A DNA stretch of 64,000 nt from Clostridia bacterium (GTDB lineage Bacteria; Bacillota; Clostridia; TANB77; CAG-508): assembly GCA_017530505.1 (NCBI GenBank), contig JAFXMI010000022.1, positions 7,283 to 71,282 on the forward strand, in the 5' to 3' direction. Each line of letters begins with the position of its first letter. Positions within the stretch are counted from its first letter, which is position 1. Made by a program: the position numbers and the translations under genes. The notes beneath the pieces were generated by a model. The model ran no database searches, had not been told where the DNA came from, and saw only the letters and a list, made by a program, of their open reading frames with translations. Positions 41,086 through 51,981 of this stretch are shown piece by piece.

Positions 41086-41922
41086 TTATACAACAAAGTT
41101 ACTTAAATAAAGAATTAGATATGCAAAAGGTGCAATAAATATAACTGAATCTATTCTGTCTAACATACCACCATGACCTGGAAATAAATTGCTATAATCC
41201 TTCACATCAAAATATCTTTTAACAACACTTGCTGAAAAATCACCAAGCTGTCCTATTACACTTAAAGTAATTAAAAAAATAGTTGCAAAATAATAAGGCA
41301 CTGTAGTTCCAAGATTTTTATTTATACAAAAAGTAAATATTAGACCACCAATTAATGATCCTAAAATTCCACTTATACATCCTTCAATTGTCTTATTAGG
41401 ACTTACTTTACTAAATTTATGTTTTCCAAAATTCTTACCAATAAAATATGCAACCGTATCTGAACCCCACGAAGCAAACAATAAATACCAAATTGCTGTT
41501 TTTCCAGTTAAATTCCATGAAAAAGTTTCTGACCCATATATTAAAACAAAAAATAGATTAAAACCAACTATATATAAATATCCAAATAGTGAAAAACTAA
41601 TATCTTTAAAATTTATTTTCATATCAGTAAATATTGTATGTAAAAATAGTATAAAAATAAGTAATGGATAGCCTATTACAATAGTTTTTAAAATAAAGTT
41701 TTGATTAAATATATGTACTATAGCAATTAGCAGACATGAAAAATATCCTAACCATGAAATAATTTTAATATCTTTTTTCTTTGCGCAGTTGCTATATTCA
41801 TAAATAGCTATCATAGCAACAATTGACATTCCAATATCTATTGCATATTTATTAGCAAATATAAGAATTGTTAAAACAATAGGAAATCCAATTATTCCAG
41901 TTAATAGTCTCTTTAAACTCAT
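41086..41922 (-). CDS. cdsA: Phosphatidate cytidylyltransferase
   Basis: Polytopic protein with the C-terminal signature SVVKRYFDVKDYSNLFPGHGGMLDRIDS. Confidence 0.9.
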   Translation of the reverse strand: MSLKRLLTGIIGFPIVLTILIFANKYAIDIGMSIVAMIAIYEYSNCAKKKDIKIISWLGYFSCLLIAIVHIFNQNFILKTIVIGYPLLIFILFLHTIFTDMKINFKDISFSLFGYLYIVGFNLFFVLIYGSETFSWNLTGKTAIWYLLFASWGSDTVAYFIGKNFGKHKFSKVSPNKTIEGCISGILGSLIGGLIFTFCINKNLGTTVPYYFATIFLITLSVIGQLGDFSASVVKRYFDVKDYSNLFPGHGGMLDRIDSVIFIAPFAYLILYLSNFVV

Positions 41923-41943
41923 ATTTTATATTCCTATTCTTTT

Positions 41944-42651
41944 TTAATTTGCGCCAAATCTTCTATTTCTTTTTTTAAATTCTTCAATTGCATAATCTAT
42001 ATCCTTCTCATCAAAATCTGGCCAATACTTATTCATAAATATAAGTTCTGAATATGATGATTGCCATAATAAAAATCCACTTAGCCTTAATTCTCCACCT
42101 ACTCTTATTAATAAATCTGGATCTGGTATATCATATGTATAAATCTCTTTTGAAATAAAATCTTCTGTTATATCATTAATAGTTATTTCTTCTCGCTTAA
42201 TTTTCTCTGCAATTTTTCTAGTAGCTTTAACAATTTCATCTCTTCCACCATAATTAATTGCAAGATTTAGGCTAACTCCAGTATTATCTCTAGTTTTTGC
42301 CTCAATTTTATTTATACTATCTTGTAAATCCTTTGATAATCGTGAAATGTCACCTAAAACCCTTACTCTAATATTTTCAGAATTGGCTTTATTCAAACTT
42401 TCATCTAGATATTGTCTAAATAAAAACATTAAAGCAGAAATTTCTTCTTCACTTCTTTTCCAATTCTCGGTTGAAAAAGCATAAACTGTAAGGTATTTTA
42501 ATCCAATTTTATTAACATATCTAACAATTTTTTTTAGAGTTTCAGCTCCGCTTTTATGTCCTAAAGGAATTGTCATTTTATGTTCTCTAGCCCACCTTCT
42601 ATTTCCATCCATTATAATAGCAATATGGTTTGGCATATTTTCGTTATTCAT
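41944..42651 (-). CDS. uppS: Isoprenyl transferase (undecaprenyl diphosphate synthase)
   Basis: HIAIIMDGNRRWA and FSTENWKRS motifs. Confidence 0.92.
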   Translation of the reverse strand: MNNENMPNHIAIIMDGNRRWAREHKMTIPLGHKSGAETLKKIVRYVNKIGLKYLTVYAFSTENWKRSEEEISALMFLFRQYLDESLNKANSENIRVRVLGDISRLSKDLQDSINKIEAKTRDNTGVSLNLAINYGGRDEIVKATRKIAEKIKREEITINDITEDFISKEIYTYDIPDPDLLIRVGGELRLSGFLLWQSSYSELIFMNKYWPDFDEKDIDYAIEEFKKRNRRFGAN

Positions 42652-42860
42652 ATGAACTCACTTCACTTTCTTTATAATAAAAACTTTTCACACACATATA
42701 CTTCTTACTTATAAATCTTATATAATATTATAAAAAATAAATTGGTATTTTTAAATTATTTTAAATAAATTATTTTAAAAAAATACTATTATTAAATAAT
42801 TAAAAATAAATTTCTATTATTTAAAAAAATTTACTACTAATATTAAATAATATTCTATAA

Positions 42861-43403
42861 CTAAATACTCATAATTTCTTTTTCTTTATTATCTAACATT
42901 TTATCTATTTCAGCAACATATTTATCTGTTAATTTTTGAATATTATCTTCTCCTCTAGTTTTCTCGTCTTCAGTAATTTCAGAATTTTTTTGCTTTGCTT
43001 TTAAATCTTCCATTCCGTCTCTTCTAATTGAACGAATACTAACTTTGGCATCTTCAGCCATTTTTCTAATATCTTTTACTAATTCTTTTCTTCTTTCTTC
43101 CGTAAGTTCTGGAAAATTAAGTCTAATTACTTTTCCATCATTATTTGGGTTTAATCCAATATCAGAAGCTAAAATAGCTTTTTCTATATCTTTTAAAATA
43201 CTAGCATCCCAAGGTTGAATAACAATCATTCTAGCTTCTGGAACCGAAATTCCAGCAATTTGATTAATTGGAGTTGAAACACCATAATAATCAACTGTAA
43301 TTTTGTTTAATATTGCTGGATTAGCTCTTCCAGCTCTAACTTCAGATAGATTTTCTTGATATACGCTTATTGATTTAAGCATTCTTTCTTCTAAATCTTC
43401 CAT
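42861..43403 (-). CDS. frr: Ribosome recycling factor
   Basis: VRAGRANPAILNKITVDYYG.. and gene order pyrH-frr-uppS-cdsA. Confidence 0.92.
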   Translation of the reverse strand: MEDLEERMLKSISVYQENLSEVRAGRANPAILNKITVDYYGVSTPINQIAGISVPEARMIVIQPWDASILKDIEKAILASDIGLNPNNDGKVIRLNFPELTEERRKELVKDIRKMAEDAKVSIRSIRRDGMEDLKAKQKNSEITEDEKTRGEDNIQKLTDKYVAEIDKMLDNKEKEIMSI

Positions 43404-43429
43404 TTTTTTTATCCTTTCTCTTAATAAAA

Positions 43430-44134
43430 TTATTTAACTATTGTTCCAATACGCTCTCCTTTAACAGCTTTTACAATGTTTTCAGGTTCACTAATTGCAA
43501 AAACTAAAAGTGGCATATGATTATCTCTACAAAGAGATGTAGCAGTAGAATCCATTACTTTTAAATCTTTATTTAATATATCTATATAACTAATTTCATT
43601 ATATTTTTCAGCAGAACTATCTAATTTAGGATCAGCTGAATACACACCATCAATAGTTTTTGCAAGAAGAATAACTTCTGATTCTGTTTCAATTGCTCTT
43701 AAAGCAGCTGCTGTATCCGTTGAAAAATAAGGGTGCCCTGTACCACAAGCAAATATTACAACTCTTCCTCTTTGTAAATGTTTTATTGCTTTTCTTTTTA
43801 TATATGGTTCAGCAATCTCTCTCATTTCTATTGCGGTTTGTACTCTAGTTTGAATACCTTTAGTTTCTAAGGTATCTTGAAGAGCTAAAGCATTCATTGT
43901 AGTAGCAAGCATTCCCATATAATCTGCTGCAGCTCTATCCATCATTTTTCCATTTCTAGGACCTCTCCAAAAATTTCCTCCACCTACAACTATAGATACT
44001 TCAACACCCATTTCTACAATTTCTTTTACTTTGTCACAAATACTATTAATAATATCAGGATTAATTCCATGAATATCCTCTCCAGCCAAAGCTTCTCCGC
44101 TTAATTTTAATAAAACTCTCTTATATGCTAACAT
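43430..44134 (-). CDS. pyrH: UMP kinase
   Basis: [13 protein letters not shown] and [10 protein letters not shown] motifs. Confidence 0.92.
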   Translation of the reverse strand: MLAYKRVLLKLSGEALAGEDIHGINPDIINSICDKVKEIVEMGVEVSIVVGGGNFWRGPRNGKMMDRAAADYMGMLATTMNALALQDTLETKGIQTRVQTAIEMREIAEPYIKRKAIKHLQRGRVVIFACGTGHPYFSTDTAAALRAIETESEVILLAKTIDGVYSADPKLDSSAEKYNEISYIDILNKDLKVMDSTATSLCRDNHMPLLVFAISEPENIVKAVKGERIGTIVK

Positions 44135-44247
44135 TTTTATACTCCTTGTTCTTTCATATATTTAGTATATTTTTTAAGCAATTTATAATAAAAATAATAT
44201 TATTTATAATACCATAAAAAGTTTTTTTTATCAATACATTTTTTCCT

Positions 44248-44430
44248 TTACATCGAATCTAATTCTAATTGTTCATAATATGGATTTGATCCTCTAGCAG
44301 AACCTTGATTTACCTGTTTACCAACTGCGTGACTTGTTTCCATAGTTGACATTTCTTCTGTATTAATAACATTTTTCCATTTAAAATTATGTGGGAAGTT
44401 TACCCATTCATTATTTAACATTATACTCAT
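44248..44430 (-). CDS. Hypothetical 60-aa protein
   Basis: RBS AAAGGGA upstream; no family recognised. Confidence 0.4.
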   Translation of the reverse strand: MSIMLNNEWVNFPHNFKWKNVINTEEMSTMETSHAVGKQVNQGSARGSNPYYEQLELDSM

Positions 44431-44476
44431 TTATTATAATTATCCCTTTAATCTATATTTTCAAATACCTTTTATA

Positions 44477-44935
44477 TTATATTTTTCCATTATTAATATC
44501 TTGAATTAGTTGCTCTTTGAATTCTATTGGAATTAGATTAATATTATTAATTTTTTCAGGATCAATTAATTCAGGAATAAAATTTCCTCGATGTACATAT
44601 TTAGGATCTCCTGAAAATTCTGGTCCTTCTCCTGTACCAAAATTACCTGATATATATTCACACAGAAATACATATTCATCTTGCGTTTTATTAACTTCCT
44701 TATAATACAATTCTTTTTTAGCCTTTACAACTATTCCCAATTCTTCTTTTAGTTCCCTTTCAGTTGTATCAAACATAGACTCTTCACCCTCTAATCCACC
44801 TCCAGGAAAAACATAGTATTCACCATAAGGTTTACTTGGATCATCTATACTTTTTTTAACATTAGTTCTATGCATTAATGCAATTTTCCCATCAATTTTA
44901 ACCAATCCTGCACAACGTATTCTTTTTAATTCCAT
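44477..44935 (-). CDS. NUDIX hydrolase
   Basis: Nudix box GGGLEGEESMFDTTERELKEELG. Confidence 0.8.
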   Translation of the reverse strand: MELKRIRCAGLVKIDGKIALMHRTNVKKSIDDPSKPYGEYYVFPGGGLEGEESMFDTTERELKEELGIVVKAKKELYYKEVNKTQDEYVFLCEYISGNFGTGEGPEFSGDPKYVHRGNFIPELIDPEKINNINLIPIEFKEQLIQDINNGKI

Positions 44936-44972
44936 ATTACCCTCTTAATTAGTTTTTAATATACACAAATAC

Positions 44973-45016
44973 GAGGCACATAACTTCTCTAAAATAGAGT
45001 ATGTAAAATGTGCCTC
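44973..45016 (-). repeat. Conserved post-gene hairpin (copy 1), immediately 3' of greA
   Basis: 9-bp GC-containing stem gaggcacat/atgtgcctc with a ~26-nt loop. About 85% identical, in reverse complement, to 50448-50494. Confidence 0.65.
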
Positions 45017-45025
45017 ATCTACATC

Positions 45026-45514
45026 TTATTTTTTAATTGATAAAATTTTTAATTTTATAACTCCAACAGGTGCTTGAACTTCAACTACATTTCTAACTTT
45101 TTTACCAAGAAGCGCTGATCCAATTGGTGATTCATTAGAAATCTTATTGTTAGCTAAATCAACCTCAGTAGAGCCAACTATTGTATATTCAATATCTTCA
45201 TCAAATTCCATATCATGTACTTTTACAATATTTCCAACTTGTACAATTTCAGTATCAATTTCAGATTCATCAATTATTTTAGCATATTTGATTTTCATTT
45301 CTATTTCAGCAATTTTAGCTTCATTTTGTGCTTGTGCGTTTTTAGCCTCATCGTATTCAGAGTTTTCAGATAAATCTCCAAATCCAAGAGCTACTTTAAT
45401 TCTTTCTGCTATTTCATTTCTTTTATTAGTTTTTAAGTCTTCTAATTGGGCTTCTAAATTATCATATCCCTCTTGTGTTAATAAAAATTCTTTTTCTGCC
45501 ATATTTTCTGCCAT
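45026..45514 (-). CDS. greA: Transcription elongation factor GreA
   Basis: [17 protein letters not shown]...[13 protein letters not shown] coiled-coil and a C-terminal FKBP-like domain. Confidence 0.92.
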   Translation of the reverse strand: MAENMAEKEFLLTQEGYDNLEAQLEDLKTNKRNEIAERIKVALGFGDLSENSEYDEAKNAQAQNEAKIAEIEMKIKYAKIIDESEIDTEIVQVGNIVKVHDMEFDEDIEYTIVGSTEVDLANNKISNESPIGSALLGKKVRNVVEVQAPVGVIKLKILSIKK

Positions 45515-45582
45515 AAAAATAAACTCCTTCCATTTGAAAAATTTAATAATATAATAATTTTTTTTTTCTTATTTGTCAAGTA

Positions 45583-46488
45583 TTATTTTGCAAACTCTGT
45601 TTTTCTTATAATGCCTTTTTGTCCAATTAAATTTTCTATACTTATATTATCCTTTTTTATCTGATTTAAAATATTTTTAGGACTAGTATTTTTATATAAA
45701 TAACTTTCATATAGTATTTCTTTTCTGAAGCTATCACAATTTAATTCATCACTTAAATACTTATTTGGAATAACAACACTATAGTCTAATACATTAATTC
45801 CATCAAACCCCTTAAAATTTATATTTACGTTTTTTCCAATATTTATAATTGTTGCACGTCTAGGGATAACAAACTTGTTTATCTCTTCTTCCTGAAAATC
45901 AATATTAATAATTATATTGCTTTTAGTTAGACTCTTTTTAAAATTATTTGTAATATTTAAAATTATTCCATTTTCTTTATATAACTTTTCTGATAAATGA
46001 TTAATTCTATTAATAGAGTTTGTTACGACATTAACACATCTAACCATTTTAGCAGTTTCTTCAATATTATCAATATCTAATTCTGAAACTTTATTTATTA
46101 AAAACGAGATTTCTAATTCATGCGAATTTAATTCTTGTAAATTAGCAATATATTTTATATAGTTTAAAATTAAATACTTATAAAGCCATTTCCCATTTAA
46201 TATATTTATATTTGATTTTTCAAAAAAATTACACCTTTCTATTTCTTTTGAAATACAAATTGTTTTTATATTATATACTTTAAAAAAATTTAATAAATTT
46301 CTTTTAACAGTTTGGCTTGTACATGGTAAAAGAATTAATTCACCATTTGAAATCTTTTTAATAAAAAACTTTCCAAAAATTGCTTTTACTTTAAAAACAA
46401 TTTTTTTAATCCAATTTGGAAGATTTGAATTATTTTTAAAAACCTCTTTATAATCTTTTGTATATTTTATATAAATCAATAAAACCAC
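45583..46488 (-). CDS. Hypothetical protein
   Basis: 301-aa ORF, Asn/Lys/Ile-rich, no motif recognised. Confidence 0.45.
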   Translation of the reverse strand: MVLLIYIKYTKDYKEVFKNNSNLPNWIKKIVFKVKAIFGKFFIKKISNGELILLPCTSQTVKRNLLNFFKVYNIKTICISKEIERCNFFEKSNINILNGKWLYKYLILNYIKYIANLQELNSHELEISFLINKVSELDIDNIEETAKMVRCVNVVTNSINRINHLSEKLYKENGIILNITNNFKKSLTKSNIIINIDFQEEEINKFVIPRRATIINIGKNVNINFKGFDGINVLDYSVVIPNKYLSDELNCDSFRKEILYESYLYKNTSPKNILNQIKKDNISIENLIGQKGIIRKTEFAK

Positions 46489-46538
46489 CTCTTTTATATA
46501 TATGAGAAAGTTTATATTTTTAGAACAGTTTTAACTTT

Positions 46539-47613
46539 TTAGTAGGTAAACCAAAGTCCTTCTTTTTTTAATTCTGTAATTTTTTTATTATGTTCATCAT
46601 TGGATTTTGTAAAATAAACTTTGCCAGTTTTGTCTGCAACAAAATAAAGTGCTTCTGTATTTGAAGGATTTAATGTTGCCTCTATAGCATTTCTACTAGG
46701 ATTGCATATTGGACCAACTGGTAGTTTACCAATCATATCTGGTCCTCTTGTATTATATGGATTATATGTATTAATTTGTTCTTTCGTTAAATTACTATCA
46801 GCCATATTTACCTTAAACGCATAATATGCTGTAACATCACTCCCTAAGCTCATATTTTGAGCTATTCTATTTAAAAAAACTCCAACAATTTCTTTTCTAT
46901 CTTCCAATGATTTTCCTTCTAATTCTGTCATAGAAGCTAAAGTTAAAGTTTGATGATATGTATATTTAAACTCCTCTTTTTTAGTAGTTAAATATTTATC
47001 CATATAATTTAAAATTACATTAAAAATTGTTTTTACTGAAACATCTTCATTTTCAAATGTATATGTGTCTGGTAATAAATATCCTTCCAAAGGATAGTAA
47101 ATTCTATCATCATTTATTATTTCTTCTAAGAACCAATATTTTTCTATTAATGAATTAATATATTCTTCGTCTTTTAATAAATTGTAAACATCTTCCTCTT
47201 TATTGTTTGTTTTTTTTGCAATTTCTTTTGCATACCAATTAATATTTTTCCCTTCAATAAAAGTAATTGTTACTTCATCTGGTGCAACATCACCATTTGC
47301 AATATGTTCTGCTATAATTATTGCACTATCTCCAGGAATAAGTTCATACTTACCTGCTTGAAGATTTGTAATACTATTTAATTTACAATATATTTTAAAT
47401 GCTAAAGCACTTTTTATTATTTCATTTTCTTCCAATAATTTCGCTATTCCTGATACACCTATCCCCTCTTTAATTTCTACTCTAATTCCGTCTTTAGAAG
47501 AATTTAATGGCTTTAAACTAGTATTGTACCATACAAAAATTCCGTACAATAACTATAATTAAAAATATTATTAAAATCATTAATACTAATCCAACTTTTT
47601 TTCCTATACTCAT
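46539..47613 (-). CDS. mltG: Endolytic murein transglycosylase MltG; the frame moves +1 at CGG 47542-47544
   Basis: ATG at 47613 gives MSIGKKVGLVLMILIIFLIIVIV, then GTA CGG. The +1 frame gives GIFVWYNTSLKP.., joining the YceG-like ORF (..YNPYNTRGPDMIGKLPVGPICNP..). Confidence 0.85.
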
Positions 47614-47639
47614 CCTTTTATTATCCTTTTATTATCCTT

Positions 47640-48858
47640 TTATTTAATTATAATATCAACAATATCTTTTAATTTTTCTGTATCAATATTTTTGTTAGTT
47701 GTTATAGCAACTTTTAATCCTAATTCTTTTAGCTTAGGAGCAAGTTCAATAATAAATCTATTAAAACTATTTACATCATCAATTTTCTCAAAGTTAATAT
47801 TAACTCCCTGAAATTCATATTCAACTAAAATATAATACAAATCATTTATTACTTTATTCCTATCTGTATATGTTCTTAAACTATTAGAAACCTCACTGTT
47901 ATTTGAGAGAGTAGCCCAAACTTCAATATTATTTTCTTTAACCCAATTCATATATTTTATATAATCTTCTGTTTTACTTTTAGTTTTATCTAAAATTTGT
48001 ACACCATTTTCTCCTATATCCACATAAAAAAATGTAGGTATTACAACATTTAATTCTTCTTTGACAATTTCTACTTTTGAATAATCTTTGTTTAAATCGG
48101 AAGAATTTTTTAAAATATTAGCTTCTATTTTTTGATTTTCCCAATTGTCTCTAATTTTTTCAACACTAGATAATTTACTTTTTTTAACATACCCTATACT
48201 ACCATTAATTGATCTAACTTTATAATATTTTCCTATTTCTTCAATTACAATTAAGTTTTCTCCTTCTTCTATTTTTTCATCTTTTTTAGAAAACAATATC
48301 GGTTTATTTTTTAATTTGAATTTCTTTAATGCAGTAGCTATTTTTTTTTCTTTAGAAGTTGAATCAGCAATAAATATATTGTTTTCTCCGAGAATAAGAA
48401 AATTCTAAATCATAAACAATTCCCATTTCTGATAATGGTAAATAAACAACTTTGTTTTTTTCAATCATCTGACTTTTTAATTCAACATTACTATCATTTA
48501 CTAACATAAAATTTTCTCCGACTTTTAATAATGCAATATGTTTATTATATGTAGTAATTAATTCTTTTTCCGCTTCATTATAATAAAGTGTTTTATCAAA
48601 AATATTTGTAATATCATCTTTAGATATATAAATAGTTCCATTATCGTCTAAAAATATTTCCTGCTTTAAATCGACAAACTCATTATTTAATAAAAAAGAT
48701 AATTTATTATTATTATTTTCTTTTGATAATACTATAAGTATTAAAATTAAAATAAATAAAACTAATCCTATAACAAAAAAAGTTCTCCTTCTAGCATATT
48801 TATCCTTAAATCCAAAAAGCTTAACTTTATTTTTTACTTTTCTCATTAAATTCTCCAA
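47640..48858 (-). CDS. Membrane-anchored protein with an SH3b-like segment and a short GH18-like C-terminal region; the frame moves +1 at CGG 48388-48390
   Basis: ORF 48364..48858 ends ..FSYSRRKQYIYC*. The +1 frame after TCT CGG gives GENNIFIADSTSKEKKIATALKKFKLKNKPILFSKKDEK.., joining ORF 47640..48296 (..FQGVNINFEKID.. is GH18-like). Confidence 0.65.
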
Positions 48859-49018
48859 AATATTAAAATTATATATTTATTTTAATATCATAAAATATAA
48901 ATAAAGTAAAGATATATAAAAAATTTTTGTTAAACCCCTTTTATTTTTTTCTCAATTATAGTATAATTAAATGGTAGATTATATTTTAAGTTATATACTT
49001 AAGGAATAGGAGGAAAAC

Positions 49019-49447
49019 ATGTGGAAATTTTGGTTAATTCTTTCTGGTTTCTTTCTCATAATAGAAATTATTAGTGTAGGCTTTTTAATTTTTTGGTTTT
49101 CAATTGGAGCATTAATTGCTATGATTATAAGCCTATTTATTTCTAATGTTATTGTTCAAGCTACAGTATTTTTGATTTCTTCAATAATACTACTTTTTAC
49201 TACAAGGTCTTTTGTACAAAAAGTTATGGGAACAAATAAAGAAGTTAAAACTAATGCATATTCTGTTGAGGGAAAAATAGGAAAAGTTATAGAAGAAATT
49301 AATCCATTAGATGCCAAAGGACAAGTAAGAGTTGATGGAGAACTATGGTCTGCAATCTCTTATAATAACCTACCAATTTCTAAGGATACAGATGTAATCA
49401 TTGAAAAAATAAATGGAGTAAAATTAATTGTTAAGCCATTAAATTAG
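49019..49447 (+). CDS. NfeD-family membrane protein
   Basis: Three TM helices plus a C-terminal OB-like domain (GKIGKVIEEI..GQVRVDGELWSA). Immediately upstream of an SPFH gene. Confidence 0.8.
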   Translation: MWKFWLILSGFFLIIEIISVGFLIFWFSIGALIAMIISLFISNVIVQATVFLISSIILLFTTRSFVQKVMGTNKEVKTNAYSVEGKIGKVIEEINPLDAKGQVRVDGELWSAISYNNLPISKDTDVIIEKINGVKLIVKPLN

Positions 49448-49456
49448 GAGGGAAAA

Positions 49457-50368
49457 ATGTTAGGAATATTTTTTGTACTTTTTGTTATTATTGTTTTTGT
49501 TGCATATAAAACAATAAAAATAGTTAGACAATCTGAAGTTTACATTATTGAAAGATTAGGAAGATTCCATAAGGTAGCTGATGCTGGACTTACTATTATA
49601 GTACCTTTTATTGATACAGTTAGATCAGTTGTTAGCTTAAAACAACAAACCATGGATATTCCACCACAAAGCGTTATTACAACAGATAACGTTACAATTA
49701 CTATAGATACTGTTGTATTCTATAAGATTACAGATCCTGCAAAAGCAGTTTATGAAATTCAAAGTTTAAAAAAAGGTATCGAATATTTAGCTATTACAAC
49801 AATTCGTGATATTGTTGGTAAAATGGAATTAGATGAGACTTTTAGTTCTAGAGATATTATTAATACAAAATTAAGAACAGTACTTGATGAAGCTACCGAC
49901 GTATGGGGATGTAAAATTGATAGAGTTGAAATAAAAGATATTACACCTCCAGCAGATATTCGTGATACAATGGAAAAGCAAATGAATGCTGAAAGAAATA
50001 AGAGAGCTTTAATTCTTCAAGCAGAAGGAGAAAGACAATCTGCAATTACTCTTGCTGAAGGTAGAAAAGAAGCTGCTATTTTGGATGCTGAAGCAGATAA
50101 AGAATCTCGTATGAGAAGAGCATCTGGTGAGGCCGCTGCTATTAAAGAAGTTGCTGAAGCTAAAGCAAAAGAAATTCAAATGGTATATGATGCAATTAAA
50201 AAATCTGATCCAGATGAAAAACTAGTTCAATTAAAATCTTTAGAAGCATTACAAGAAGTTGCTAAAGGTGAAGCTAATAAAGTCTTTATTCCATTTGAAG
50301 CTACATCAGCTTTAAGCTCTTTAGGTGCTATAAAAGAAGTTTTAAAAGAAGACAAAAAAAATAAATAA
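49457..50368 (+). CDS. SPFH/band-7 (stomatin-like) protein
   Basis: VRQSEVYIIERLGRFHKVADAGL.., PPQSVITTDNVTITIDTVVFYKI and a C-terminal Ala/Glu-rich coiled coil. Confidence 0.88.
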   Translation: MLGIFFVLFVIIVFVAYKTIKIVRQSEVYIIERLGRFHKVADAGLTIIVPFIDTVRSVVSLKQQTMDIPPQSVITTDNVTITIDTVVFYKITDPAKAVYEIQSLKKGIEYLAITTIRDIVGKMELDETFSSRDIINTKLRTVLDEATDVWGCKIDRVEIKDITPPADIRDTMEKQMNAERNKRALILQAEGERQSAITLAEGRKEAAILDAEADKESRMRRASGEAAAIKEVAEAKAKEIQMVYDAIKKSDPDEKLVQLKSLEALQEVAKGEANKVFIPFEATSALSSLGAIKEVLKEDKKNK

Positions 50369-50447
50369 TCTAATAAGTATATAGCAAAAATGTTAATATA
50401 TTATTTATTAAAAAATTTTTGTCTGATATTTAGTATAAAGAACAAAA

Positions 50448-50494
50448 GAGGCACATTTAAAATACTCTATCATTTTTGAAAAGTTATGTGCCTC
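50448..50494 (+). repeat. Conserved post-gene hairpin (copy 2), 3' of the SPFH gene
   Basis: gaggcacat...atgtgcctc. Same orientation relative to its upstream gene as copy 1. Confidence 0.65.
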
Positions 50495-50496
50495 GT

Positions 50497-50599
50497 CTTT
50501 GTTCGCCCGCGAAAAATTCTTTAGAATTTTTCTGTGGAAATTTGGCGAAGCCTTTATATTATAGGAAGTTCGGGGAACTTTCCTATAATATAAAAAAGG
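50497..50599. repeat. Structured repeat unit 3 (same family as 12126-12240 and 12433-12550)
   Basis: tctttgttcgcccgcGAAAAATTCtttaGAATTTTTCtgtgga.. then a long hairpin tttatattataggaagttc/gaactttcctataatataaa. Confidence 0.65.
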
Positions 50600-50632
50600 A
50601 ATTTCTTAGATTACAAGAAATTTCCTTTTTTG
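50592..50632. terminator. Bidirectional intrinsic terminator between convergent genes
   Basis: aaaaaaggaatttctt-agattac-aagaaatttcctttttt. Confidence 0.75.
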
Positions 50633-50637
50633 TTTTA

Positions 50638-51766
50638 TTAATAAATTATAATTTCTTTAAGAGCTTTTATAAATTCTCTTACTTCTTCAATAGTATTATA
50701 TTTACCAAAAGTAATTCTAATTGAACTTTTAGCAAGACTTATAGGTACCCCTATTTCTAATAATACTGGTGATGCTTTTATAAATCCAGCACTACAAGCT
50801 GATCCACTTGATACACATATTTCTCTTTTATCTAACTCTTCTAAAAGCTTTGCTCCATCTACTCCGTGGAAAAGAAACATTTAAATTCCCTGGTAATCTA
50901 TTTTCCATGTCTCCATTTATTCTAATATTTGGAAAATTATCTTTTAGTTCTTTTAAACAATAATCTCTTAAATTTTTTAAATAAATTTGATGTTCTTTTA
51001 AATTTTTTGTTGCAATTTCTAAAGCTTTTCCTGTTCCTATAATTCCTGCAACGTTTTCTGTTCCAGCTCTCATCTCTTTTTCTTGGTGTCCACCATCTTG
51101 AATACGCATAAAATTAACATTTGATTTCATATATAAAACGCCTATCCCTTTGGGACCATAAAACTTATGAGAAGACATTGAAAGGCTAGATATATTCATC
51201 TCTTTTACATCAATTTTTACATTTCCAACTGCCTGAACGCTATCTGTATGAAAATAAATACTATATTTTTTAGCAATCTCGCCTATTTCCTTTATTCTCT
51301 GAATAGTTCCAATCTCATTATTTGCAAACATAATTGATATTAAAATTGTTTTTTTAGTAATAGCTTTCTCTATATCTTTAGGATCTACTATTCCATTTGC
51401 TCTAGGTTTTATATAAGTTACTCTAAAACCAAATCTTTCAAGAAATTTACACGTATTCAAGATTGCTGGATGTTCAAAACTAGAAGTAATTATATGATTA
51501 CCAAATTTTGAATTTGCAAATGCAATCCCCTTTAATGCTAAATTATCACTTTCGCTTCCACCACTTGTAAAATAAATCTCATTAACATTTGCATTTATAC
51601 AATTAGCAACCCTCATTCTTGCAAGCGTAATTGCTTCTTTATTTTTTTTACCAATTGAATAGAGTGCTGATGGATTTGCATAATTATCTACTAAATATGG
51701 TACCATTTCTGCTAATACATTTTCATCAAGCCTTGTAGTAGCGCTATTATCAAAGTATTTTATCAT
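50638..51766 (-). CDS. Cysteine desulfurase (NifS/IscS-like); the frame moves +1 at CGG 50864-50866
   Basis: The 312-aa ORF has SGGSESDN and SMSSHKFYGPKGIG PLP motifs and ends ..NLNVSFPRSRW..*. The +1 frame after CCA CGG gives GVDGAKLLEELDKREICVSSGSACSAG.., which contains the catalytic Cys loop. Confidence 0.88.
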
Positions 51767-51981
51767 TTAGTTCACTTCTTTCTTTTTCTGATTAACTTCT
51801 TCTATATTTTATGATTTAATAATTTTTTTGTGATTCAGTTGTTTGTAATATTTTTGTAACATTGTAACGCAAATTTTATACAATAATGTCAAATTATTTC
51901 ATTTTTTGCTTGAATTTAAAATATTTTATAATTATAATAGATATAGAATTGTATTTTGTTTTTAGAAAGGGTTTTATAAAA

